From a virus (lineage: Duplodnaviria > Caudoviricetes), in IMG/VR virus record IMGVR_UViG_3300029288_000067, positions 160,067-224,066 of that record: a stretch of 64,000 nt of DNA, one strand, 5' to 3'. Position numbers and translations under genes: made by a program. The notes beneath the pieces were generated by a model, which searched no databases, was not told the origin of the DNA, and saw nothing but the letters and a program-made list of their open reading frames with translations. Positions 50,464 through 57,984 of the stretch are shown here, piece by piece. How positions within the stretch are numbered: the first letter of the stretch is position 1; each line of letters begins with the position of its first letter.

Positions 50464-50584
50464 TGCAAGGAACTACGAAGGGGATTACAAGGATAAAATC
50501 TCTACCTCCGTGTAGTGGTGAGAGTGTTCGAAGCACTCAAAACAGTCGAAAGGCTGTTCAATCTCTTTCATTTTTGTCCTTGTA
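50464..50584 (+). ncRNA. Y-RNA-like element 9
   Basis: TGCAAGGA/TCCTTGTA stem, GAAGGGGATT/AATCTCTTTC; T-arm-like GAGTG-TTCGAAG-CACTC and a GAAA hairpin. Confidence 0.8.
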
Positions 50585-50587
50585 TTT

Positions 50588-50671
50588 GCCGGGATGGCGG
50601 AACTGGTATACGCGCAAGTCTCAAACACTTGTGGGAGCAATCTCTTGGGGGTTCGAGTCCCCCTCCCGGCA
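50588..50671 (+). tRNA. tRNA-Leu(CAA)
   Basis: Class II cloverleaf, loop CTCAAAC. Confidence 0.92.
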
Positions 50672-50698
50672 CTGTTTACATCTACAGGAGATACATAA

Positions 50699-51184
50699 AT
50701 GAGCAGTCTTTATTCCGACATTATTTGGGATAAATTGGGTCATAAGGATGTAGTAATCCCCAATCTTTCCGAAAAAGAAATTTTGGGTTACTTCAAAGAA
50801 TACCTGAGCAAAGCATCAAAAGAGGATATCGAGGCTTTGTTGGAAGACCTTGTTTGTAATTTCCAAATCACAAAGAATGTGGATTGGTATGATGGTCCTA
50901 TCCATGTTTGCAAAGTGGTAACGCATGAAGATCATGTAAGGCATCTTCCAGAAGATCCTGGATGGGTGGAAATGAAAGCACATATGATGGAGCTTTCTAT
51001 TCTGCCTCTTCTTATTCGATTGTTTTCAGCCTTTCCTCAGTATCTGGATGACATTGAAACAATTAAATTGTTTGTGGAGAAGATGAATGAAAAAAAGCCC
51101 TCTGAGGGGAAAAAAGATTCCGAAGTGTGTCCTACAAAAAAGGACGATCTCCTTCCACAACAATTACCCGAAGAAAAGGTATGA
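50699..51184 (+). CDS. hypothetical protein
   Basis: 161 aa, AGGAG RBS. Confidence 0.7.
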   Translation: MSSLYSDIIWDKLGHKDVVIPNLSEKEILGYFKEYLSKASKEDIEALLEDLVCNFQITKNVDWYDGPIHVCKVVTHEDHVRHLPEDPGWVEMKAHMMELSILPLLIRLFSAFPQYLDDIETIKLFVEKMNEKKPSEGKKDSEVCPTKKDDLLPQQLPEEKV

Positions 51185-51200
51185 TTTTTATTGGGCAATA

Positions 51201-51356
51201 ATGAGTATCCTGCCGGAATCCTTTACAATGAAAGAGGCAGCGAAGTTACTTTCATATTCACTTTCACATACCCGAAAGCTTATCTGTGAGTTGAAAGAGA
51301 TAGGTCAGGTCTTTTTATCCCCGGAGAATATATGGGTGAAAGAAAAAAAGGAATAG
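51201..51356 (+). CDS. small HTH protein
   Basis: FTMKEAAKLLSYSLSHTRKLI. Confidence 0.5.
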   Translation: MSILPESFTMKEAAKLLSYSLSHTRKLICELKEIGQVFLSPENIWVKEKKE

Positions 51357-51520
51357 GTAAAGCAAAACTTCTGAAAGCAATACAGAAGAAATGCTTGGAG
51401 TGTTGTTGTGGGGTTTCCCGGGAAGTTCGAGAGTGCTGCATTAAAGATTGCCCCCTGTGGGAATATCGAAATACTACGGAAGTAAAAAAGCAAGAGATTG
51501 TTGTTAAATCCTTACTTTGA
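51332..51520 (+). CDS. small Cys-rich phage protein
   Basis: KAIQKKCLECC...EVREC...CPLWEYR. Confidence 0.7.
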   Translation: MGERKKGIGKAKLLKAIQKKCLECCCGVSREVRECCIKDCPLWEYRNTTEVKKQEIVVKSLL

Positions 51521-51523
51521 GCC

Positions 51524-51829
51524 TTGAGAGTGAATTATTGTACAGATGCAACCAATTACACGGGCACAGGATCAATCCTTTGTGACCAATGTACAAACTC
51601 TTGTTACTTCTCCAGTGCGAGTGATAGACCTCAAAGTGCTTGTGGGTCTTATTATTCAAAACGAGGCAAAGAAGTTACTGTTTACAATACTTCCCAGAAT
51701 CCAACCCCATGTCTTCACCAAGAGATTATCAAAGAGATTGAGCACAAGCGTCGTAAATTTTGCAAAAAGTGCAACAATCAACGTTTTATCTATCGACAAG
51801 GTAAAATGATTCCTTGCCCCCGGTGCTAA
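51524..51829 (+). CDS. Cys-rich hypothetical protein
   Basis: CDQC, CKKC, CPRC. Confidence 0.5.
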   Translation: MRVNYCTDATNYTGTGSILCDQCTNSCYFSSASDRPQSACGSYYSKRGKEVTVYNTSQNPTPCLHQEIIKEIEHKRRKFCKKCNNQRFIYRQGKMIPCPRC

Positions 51830-51886
51830 TCTTTTAATTTGTATGTGAATACTCCTTCTGTAGGAAACACAAAAGGAGTACAAGTA

Positions 51887-52582
51887 ATGCAAAGTGATCT
51901 TTTGGAACTGTCTTTTGAAGAGTGTCTTGTGTGTTCTGATTTGCACTTCCCGGGGCACTCTGTTAAATGGGTTCGAGAGTTGATCAAGTATGGACGTATG
52001 CACAACGTCAAGAAAATAATCCACTCGGGAGATTTGTTCAACTTTGATGCTCTTTCCCGGTTTGAATTGAAGGATAAAAAATTTCCCCTCGACAAAGAAT
52101 TGGAAATTGGGAAAAAGGTTCTCTTGGAGTTGAGGCAGCATTTTAACGGTTTTTACACTGTGCGGGGAAACCACGATAAGAGACTGCCTCTTGCAATGAA
52201 TGATTCTATTGATTTTGCAACAGCCTTGAATCTATTGCTCGATAACAAGGTGGTTGCAACCAATAGAGACCACCTTTTCTTATATTCCGGGGGAGAGAAA
52301 TTCCGTATCTGTCACCCAGATAAATACTCCACGGTAAAGGGTAAGGTTGCGGGTGGTTTAGCACACGATCTACAAGAACATGTTATTATGGGCCACCCAC
52401 ATTATTTTTCAATGGCTTACAACAAAACTGGGAGATATATGGCAATTGAAATGCCTTGTATGTGTGATAAAATGGCATTTCAGTATAAGAATGAAGCAAC
52501 TACTGGTTGTCCCGAGTGGAATAATGGATTTTTGCACATCAAAAAAGGGAAAGTAAGAGTAATTACCGAATTGACTTTTTAA
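51887..52582 (+). CDS. calcineurin-like metallophosphoesterase
   Basis: SDLH, GDLFN, GNHD, GHPH motifs. Confidence 0.9.
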   Translation: MQSDLLELSFEECLVCSDLHFPGHSVKWVRELIKYGRMHNVKKIIHSGDLFNFDALSRFELKDKKFPLDKELEIGKKVLLELRQHFNGFYTVRGNHDKRLPLAMNDSIDFATALNLLLDNKVVATNRDHLFLYSGGEKFRICHPDKYSTVKGKVAGGLAHDLQEHVIMGHPHYFSMAYNKTGRYMAIEMPCMCDKMAFQYKNEATTGCPEWNNGFLHIKKGKVRVITELTF

Positions 52583-52639
52583 GCCAATCTGTTTTAGAAT
52601 ACCTGCTGTAGAGCAGGTATTTTTCTTTTAGGAGAAAGT

Positions 52640-52861
52640 ATGCAAGAATATCCCCCGTTAAAAGGGAAAATGGAATTTATTGAAATAAGTCCCGAAGAGA
52701 CTATTGAGAAGAAGCCGGTTGAATATAAACAAGATGATTATTATTTGGAGAAGGAGATTAAGCCGGAAGACCTCACATGTTTTTATTGTCTCAACAAAGA
52801 TTCCTGCCCGTGCTCGGGAGATCTGTACAATACCGATGGTGATTGTTTGTGGATCAAGTAA
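52640..52861 (+). CDS. small Cys protein
   Basis: CFYC...CPC..DLYNTDGDCL; AGGAG RBS. Confidence 0.65.
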   Translation: MQEYPPLKGKMEFIEISPEETIEKKPVEYKQDDYYLEKEIKPEDLTCFYCLNKDSCPCSGDLYNTDGDCLWIK

Positions 52862-53355
52862 TCACAAGTGCAAAGACCTCCGTAAATTCCAAGAAATTAC
52901 CAGCTATTTTTAAAAAAATAGAATGTGTGTGGACTCACGGTGCAATTAATGTGGATTACGGGGGCGGAAAGTATGACATTGCCACAGATTACTTACAAGA
53001 GAAAAATATACTTAATTTGATCTATGACCCCTTCAATCGTAGTGCCGAATATAATGCTATAGTCCTTACCACACTAAGATATTACCCAGCAGACACGGCA
53101 ACAATTTCAAATGTGCTCAATGTTATTCGAGAAAAAGAGATCCGAAAAAGGGTAACTCAGCATGTCTACGATTTGTTGAAACCCGAAGGAAAAGCTTTCT
53201 TTTCTTTTTATGCGGGGGACCGTTCGGGGGTGGGAAAAGAAACCAGTAAAGGTTGGCAAGAAAACAGAATTGCCAAGAGCTATATCGTGGAAATAGAAGA
53301 AGTTTTTCCCGTGGTTTTCATCACCAATTCCATTGTTTTTGCAGAAAAACGTTGA
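52843..53355 (+). CDS. SAM-dependent methyltransferase-like protein
   Basis: VDYGGG, YDPFN, SNVLNVI, LKPEG. Confidence 0.8.
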   Translation: MFVDQVITSAKTSVNSKKLPAIFKKIECVWTHGAINVDYGGGKYDIATDYLQEKNILNLIYDPFNRSAEYNAIVLTTLRYYPADTATISNVLNVIREKEIRKRVTQHVYDLLKPEGKAFFSFYAGDRSGVGKETSKGWQENRIAKSYIVEIEEVFPVVFITNSIVFAEKR

Positions 53356-53380
53356 CTTTTTTTAAGACCCCTGATAATGT
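53352..53380 (+). promoter_or_regulatory. sigma70-type promoter
   Basis: TTGACT-17 nt-TAATGT with extended TGn. Confidence 0.6.
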
Positions 53381-53423
53381 GTAACAGTTCGTGCTAAATT
53401 TAATACATAAGGAGATTTTTTCT

Positions 53424-53792
53424 ATGACAGAAGAAATCAAGGCCCCAGAATTCAAAACCCTTTCCCCCAGTTTTTTCAAGAGAACCACCAAAAGTCAAAT
53501 TTCACATATCGTGAAATATTCGGGTGTTGCAGAAAAGATTGAGGAATACAAAAGGGCTCTGAAGGATGGGCTCTGCAAGCTTGAAGTTTTAACTCGCAAG
53601 CAGTTTGCAGATTTGACAAAGTTCGGTGTGGAAGTTCCCTTGGAATTCCGCCCGCCCATGACCGACAAGGTTAAGAATGCCCTTTTGTCGAAACGGCATG
53701 TGGATCGTCTGTGGATGGAATTTGGTATCAAAGCTCCTGATGCAATGCTTCCTGTGAAGAAGCCCCGTGTGAAGAAAACTCCTGCGGCATAA
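53424..53792 (+). CDS. basic hypothetical protein
   Basis: Start trimmed to MTEEIK after AAGGAG; followed by a terminator-like hairpin at about 53804-53841. Confidence 0.7.
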   Translation: MTEEIKAPEFKTLSPSFFKRTTKSQISHIVKYSGVAEKIEEYKRALKDGLCKLEVLTRKQFADLTKFGVEVPLEFRPPMTDKVKNALLSKRHVDRLWMEFGIKAPDAMLPVKKPRVKKTPAA

Positions 53793-53855
53793 TAACTGCC
53801 CTCTTGGGGGAGTCTCTTTTCGGAGGCTCCCCCAAATTTTTTAAAAGAGAAATAC

Positions 53856-54785
53856 ATGAAAAAATTTATTTTCCTGCAAGCACATCTGAAAGAAATACAG
53901 AATATGTTTTTGGCAAAAGGGGATAATATCCGGATGTCTGCATTATTTAATGGCATCAAGGGTGTGGGGAAATACTCTTTCATAAAAGACACAATTAAAA
54001 AATGGAATTGCTCTTCGCAGGAGGATTGTAATTGCCCGGTCTGCGAGAAAATAGATAAGAACAGTACAATGGATATTTGTGAATTCAATTCCTCGGAATC
54101 AATACAGGACTTTCGAAAAAGCTTGCAACAATTTCAGAATACTCCCCCGATGGAATTGAGGCATAAGTATTTGATTTTGCGGAATATGGACTATTACAGC
54201 AAAGAGATTATTGATTTGTTGTTGAAGACAATTGAAGAAAAAACAAATTTCCATATTTTTGCTACTGCTGTGGATATCGATAGAATTCGCCCCGCAATGT
54301 TATCCCGTTTTAAAAGATATTTTGTGAGCAATTATTCCCGGGAGGATCTGAAGAGTATTATCTCACATGATTTTAAATTGGCATATTTGTCAAATATGGA
54401 AAATAAGTATCCGTTTTCATCTATCTTTGAGATGGATGTATTTTTCCGATTTGCTTTCTCAAATTATTACAGCCTTCTTTTTGAAAAGGCAAAAACACCC
54501 ACAGATATTATCATGTCTGTAAATTCTTTTATGTCCCCGATAAATGCCTTACCAATCTGTGAAAAGCTGCCAACAATTGGGGCCTTTATCGAGTACTGCA
54601 TGATACAGGTCCGGGAAGAATCCTCGGAGAGATACCAACAGTATTTGCGAAAAGTTCTTTCTCGGTATTCCCCCTCGCTCTTGTCCAATTTGAATAATCC
54701 GGAATATTATGCACAAATCAATTTGGACAATCAGATAATGTCCTTGTTTCTCAGCTTGTTTATTTTAAAATCTATTGTGGAATAA
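53856..54785 (+). CDS. clamp-loader subunit, delta-prime (HolB)-like
   Basis: GIKGVGK, C..C.C..C Zn motif, LLKTIEE, MLSRF. Confidence 0.75.
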   Translation: MKKFIFLQAHLKEIQNMFLAKGDNIRMSALFNGIKGVGKYSFIKDTIKKWNCSSQEDCNCPVCEKIDKNSTMDICEFNSSESIQDFRKSLQQFQNTPPMELRHKYLILRNMDYYSKEIIDLLLKTIEEKTNFHIFATAVDIDRIRPAMLSRFKRYFVSNYSREDLKSIISHDFKLAYLSNMENKYPFSSIFEMDVFFRFAFSNYYSLLFEKAKTPTDIIMSVNSFMSPINALPICEKLPTIGAFIEYCMIQVREESSERYQQYLRKVLSRYSPSLLSNLNNPEYYAQINLDNQIMSLFLSLFILKSIVE

Positions 54786-54787
54786 AT

Positions 54788-55777
54788 ATGCAAGACATTG
54801 ATTTTCTGTTGTCCGAAAAGCCACAAATAAAGCGGCTGATGACATACGTACATTCTTTGGGGGTTCTGAAAGGACCCCTCGTGAAGAAGTACCGGAGCAT
54901 TTTGCAAAACAAAGAGTATGAGATTCGGGAAATTTCTGAGGAAAATATTCGGGACCTGCAGGCGGGATCCTTGTTCGGTAGTGTGGCATTTTTAATTAAT
55001 TTTCAAACGTACTCCGAAGAATTTTTGAAAAAAATGATGGACACATACGCCGATGGGGATAATAAATGCCTTATCTGTATGTCAGCCGAAGAATTTAAAA
55101 AGGTGAAAGAAAATTCAAAAGAGTTTGCAAAAGAACTGAATCCCATTTTCGAGGTTGAAAAAGATAAAGAGAATTTCAAGAGTGTTTGTCAATATGTCCT
55201 ACAAAAAGAGTTGGGCTGTGCCGAAGGAGACTTTAATAACTACCCCGTTTTTAAAGTAGCAATAGAGGATCTGTATTTCAACCACACAGAGAATATTTTA
55301 GACTTTTTCAGTAATTTTCATTTTATTTCTAATATCTGTATTCAACAAACAGGAGAAAAGATTGATTTTGATCTTTCCTTGTTTCGAAAAATTCTTCCGG
55401 AAATAAGGAAAAAGGAATACTACAAGGCACATATTTTGTTGGGTACCTTCATAAAGTATCCCAACAAAGATACCCTTGCACCTCTTTTCTCTTTTGTCTC
55501 CGCAGTGGTGAAAGATGCAACAATGATTCGGTATGCTCTGGATACAATCTATCGAACAACTTTTGAATTGTTGCAATTACATCCCTCTTTCGAGGGCGCA
55601 AAACATAACTTCAGTGAGTTCAAAGTAAAACAACTTTCTGGGGTTGCAAATATTCCTCTTGTGAATACTTTTCAGTTCATGGTAAGATTCTCAGAGATGG
55701 AAGTGGTTTTCAATAAGAGAAACTTCTTGTTGAATTTTCACAATTTTTTGATGGATCTTTTAAAGGTAATTAGATAA
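54788..55777 (+). CDS. clamp-loader subunit, delta (HolA)-like (tentative)
   Basis: Size, GSLFG motif and position next to the holB-like gene. Confidence 0.45.
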   Translation: MQDIDFLLSEKPQIKRLMTYVHSLGVLKGPLVKKYRSILQNKEYEIREISEENIRDLQAGSLFGSVAFLINFQTYSEEFLKKMMDTYADGDNKCLICMSAEEFKKVKENSKEFAKELNPIFEVEKDKENFKSVCQYVLQKELGCAEGDFNNYPVFKVAIEDLYFNHTENILDFFSNFHFISNICIQQTGEKIDFDLSLFRKILPEIRKKEYYKAHILLGTFIKYPNKDTLAPLFSFVSAVVKDATMIRYALDTIYRTTFELLQLHPSFEGAKHNFSEFKVKQLSGVANIPLVNTFQFMVRFSEMEVVFNKRNFLLNFHNFLMDLLKVIR

Positions 55778-56263
55778 GTGCCTGCCTTCGATAAAAACAC
55801 TTTTGCATACTTACTTACAAAATGTATGCAAAGTCATAAGAGAGAAGACTTTGACACCATTTATGCCCAACTTGTTAAAAAGCTGGGATTAGGTGGGTGT
55901 GGGTTTCATTCGGATAAAATGCAAGAGCCTTGTTACCCCTGTCTTCGTGAATTGATTGATACCTTGGGCCTTCTCGTTTTTCCATTCATTGGACCAAATG
56001 TTGATGAATACTTGGTGGTGAATTCCCTTCTTTTCTTGGAGACTCCAAAGCAAGATGTAATTGTTCCCGATGCTTTGTATCTCTTGCCCGAGGGGGGTTA
56101 TTGGGGGAGAATCTCACAAGTCTTTTCATCCTCCGATCTGCTGGTTATTGAATATGCTCCAGAGGTTTTTATTAGTTTAAAGAAATCTGTTCTCTATAAA
56201 TTTTTCAAGGAAGACGTGGGCTACTACGGTATTTGCATAGGGTCCGTAAAAAAGAAAAAATAA
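55778..56263 (+). CDS. hypothetical protein
   Basis: 161-aa ORF abutting the upstream stop. Confidence 0.6.
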   Translation: MPAFDKNTFAYLLTKCMQSHKREDFDTIYAQLVKKLGLGGCGFHSDKMQEPCYPCLRELIDTLGLLVFPFIGPNVDEYLVVNSLLFLETPKQDVIVPDALYLLPEGGYWGRISQVFSSSDLLVIEYAPEVFISLKKSVLYKFFKEDVGYYGICIGSVKKKK

Positions 56264-56267
56264 ATTG

Positions 56268-56296
56268 TTGACGCAACCGAAGAGACGTGTTAGAGT
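56268..56296 (+). promoter_or_regulatory. sigma70-type promoter of tRNA operon 2
   Basis: TTGACG-17 nt-TAGAGT with extended TGn. Confidence 0.7.
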
Positions 56297-56319
56297 TGAA
56301 GACAGGAGCTAACAAGAAA

Positions 56320-56421
56320 ATGAAGAAGTTTAATAAACATAGTTTTATTAGTTTTTCCGGAATCAAATCCGGAAATGCTTCCTCACACTCTTGTTGGTAT
56401 AATGGAGCGAACCGCATCTAG
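56320..56421 (+). CDS. putative leader peptide (33 aa)
   Basis: Manual translation MKKFNKHSFISFSGIKSGNASSHSCWYNGANRI; AGGAG at 56304-56308. Confidence 0.6.
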   Translation: MKKFNKHSFISFSGIKSGNASSHSCWYNGANRI

Positions 56422-56498
56422 TTTCTCCTAAGCCCTCGAAGAGTAGGATTAACAGGAAGCGGTAGCCGAAAGGCATAATCGCTCCATTTTGTGTTTTA
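56401..56498 (+). promoter_or_regulatory. attenuator-like multi-stem structure
   Basis: AATGGAGCGA/TCGCTCCATT closing stem, ACCGC/GCGGT, GCC-GAAA-GGC, then a T-rich tract. Confidence 0.6.
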
Positions 56499-56500
56499 CT

Positions 56501-56518
56501 GATATTTGAAAACTAAAT
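56501..56518 (+). promoter_or_regulatory. boxA-like site
   Basis: GATATTTGAAAACTAAAT directly before the first tRNA. Confidence 0.5.
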
Positions 56519-56531
56519 CTTGTCAAGTCAC

Positions 56532-56603
56532 AGGTCGCTGGTGAAATTGGAATCATTGCTGTCTCCAAAATAGTAGTTTCGGGTTCGAGTCCCGGGCGGC
56601 CTG
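56532..56603 (+). tRNA. tRNA-Trp(CCA)
   Basis: Cloverleaf, loop CTCCAAA. Confidence 0.88.
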
Positions 56604-56605
56604 CT

Positions 56606-56690
56606 GGTATGTGTATCCAAGTGGTTAAAGGGGGTAGATTGTGGATCTACTGGCTTCGTGCCTTCGCGGGTTCAAATCCCGTCACATACC
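56606..56690 (+). tRNA. tRNA-His(GTG) with long variable arm
   Basis: G-1:C73, loop TTGTGGA, V-arm GGC-TTCGT-GCC. Confidence 0.85.
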
Positions 56691-56696
56691 CCGTAT

Positions 56697-56783
56697 GGAG
56701 AAGTGGCAGAGCCCGGTTTATTGCATCACGGTGCTAACGTGAAGTGGGGAAACTCACCACAGGTTCAAATCCTGTCTTCTCCG
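56697..56783 (+). tRNA. tRNA-Ser(GCT)
   Basis: Class II, loop GTGCTAA, G73. Confidence 0.9.
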
Positions 56784-56859
56784 CTGGTCTGAATCCAAAA
56801 TTATAGGGGGATGCTATGTCACAGCTAAACGCAATGTAAAAAAGAGACGTGGGTTTGTC

Positions 56860-57150
56860 TTGTTGGGGGAAACAAAAGAAGGTTATAAAGTGGTGGGAAA
56901 TGTTTTTCTGTTGTGTGAATCCCGGGGACTTCCACTGGAATTCATAATTGACTCTTTAAAAGATGAAGGTTTTGTGATATCATGGGTAGACTTCTACGAG
57001 GATTCCTTAAATGCTCTGTGGAGTCCTGAAACAACCTTATCCAAGATTCAAAATGCCCTTAATGAGACATACGGAAAAGAATATAGCAATGATGTAATAC
57101 TTCGGTTACGGGCTTACATTGGTTCAAAGCACACTGGAGAGGTCGCATAG
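56860..57150 (+). CDS. small protein resembling an alanyl-tRNA synthetase helical segment
   Basis: VFLLCESRGLPLEFI...EGFVISWVDF resembles AlaRS AFxLYDTYGFPxD...GLxVDxxGF; start uncertain. Confidence 0.6.
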   Translation: MLGETKEGYKVVGNVFLLCESRGLPLEFIIDSLKDEGFVISWVDFYEDSLNALWSPETTLSKIQNALNETYGKEYSNDVILRLRAYIGSKHTGEVA

Positions 57151-57220
57151 TGGTCTAGTGCGCTCGCTTGGAAAGCGAGTAGGCGTAACAGCCTCGGGGG
57201 TTCGACTCCCCCTCTCTCCG
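57136..57220 (+). tRNA. tRNA-Ser(GGA)
   Basis: Class II, loop TTGGAAA. Confidence 0.92.
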
Positions 57221-57284
57221 CTGAAATGTAATAAAAGAAAGGATAAATCAGTGTATGGATTCCGATGGTTTTTGTGGTTCATGA

Positions 57285-57357
57285 GCCGGGAAAGCTAATC
57301 TGGTGAAAGCGTTGGACTGAAAATCCAAAGAGGTCAGATCGTAACTGACTCCCGGCA
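57285..57357 (+). tRNA. tRNA-Phe(GAA)
   Basis: Loop CTGAAAA; atypical A8 and T-loop ATCGTAA. Confidence 0.8.
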
Positions 57358-57364
57358 TTGTTTT

Positions 57365-57455
57365 GGGTAGGCTGCTAAGTTTGGTGCTTTAGCACGAGTC
57401 TGTAAAACTCGGCCCTAACGGGATAAGATAATAGGTTCGATTCCTATCCTACCCA
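57365..57455 (+). tRNA. tRNA-Tyr(GTA)
   Basis: Loop CTGTAAA, long variable region, atypical D-arm. Confidence 0.8.
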
Positions 57456-57468
57456 CTGAATGTTGAAT

Positions 57469-57553
57469 GCGTAGGTGCCCGAGTGGTCGAAGGGAGGGGT
57501 CTGCAAAACCCCCGGGATAACACCCCACGTTGGTTCAAATCCATCCCTACGCT
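57469..57553 (+). tRNA. tRNA-Cys(GCA) with long variable arm
   Basis: Loop CTGCAAA, U73, V-arm GGG-ATAACA-CCC. Confidence 0.85.
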
Positions 57554-57562
57554 TAGATATTT

Positions 57563-57634
57563 GGGAACGTAGCTCAATGGTTGAGCAACTGGCTGTTAAC
57601 CAGTAGGTTGCAGGTTCAAGCCCTGCCGTTCCCG
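57563..57634 (+). tRNA. tRNA-Asn(GTT)
   Basis: Cloverleaf, loop CTGTTAA. Confidence 0.92.
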
Positions 57635-57644
57635 CTGTTGCAAT

Positions 57645-57791
57645 ACTCACAGGAGTTATATACAGATAGACCGAAATTTGAATGGGGGTAGGTTTTTGCA
57701 AGAACTCAAACCCAAAGGTCTGAAACCGGGACACTCGGATAAATAGACCGTTAATTGTAGGGAACATTGTGAAATCCTGTATTCTGTGGGT
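57645..57791 (+). ncRNA. unclassified structured RNA candidate
   Basis: ACTCACAGGA/TTCTGTGGGT and ATACAG/CTGTAT closing stems; internal AGACC/GGTCT and CCGGG/CTCGG. Confidence 0.45.
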
Positions 57792-57802
57792 TCAATTTGT
57801 TT

Positions 57803-57883
57803 GCCACATTAGCCTAGCGGTAAGGCATCTGGCTGTAAACCAGACGGGGAAACCTATCGGTGGTTCAAATCCATCATGTGGCA
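57803..57883 (+). tRNA. tRNA-Tyr(GTA), second copy
   Basis: Loop CTGTAAA, A73, short V-arm GG-GAAA-CC. Confidence 0.85.
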
Positions 57884-57892
57884 TTGGAAAAC

Positions 57893-57963
57893 GGGTTCAT
57901 AGCTCAACGGTAGAGCATCTGACTTTTAATCAGTCGATGATGGTTCAATTCCATCTGGACCCA
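57893..57963 (+). tRNA. tRNA-Lys(TTT)
   Basis: Cloverleaf, loop CTTTTAA. Confidence 0.92.
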
Positions 57964-57984
57964 TTGTTTTGAAAGGTGTGACAT

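Noticed and set aside
48230-50584. CRISPR or T-box interpretation of the ACTAC/GGGATTACA repeats
   Set aside because: Repeats are degenerate, paired 5' and 3' halves enclose cargo of variable length, and no T-box GGTGGNACC motif was seen.
56401-56488. SRP RNA or self-cleaving ribozyme
   Set aside because: SRP domain IV and hammerhead core consensus sequences were not found; the attenuator reading fits the context better.
56816-56860. Programmed -1 frameshift at A AAA AAG extending the AlaRS-like ORF
   Set aside because: The upstream ATG frame terminates at TAA before the heptamer can be decoded.
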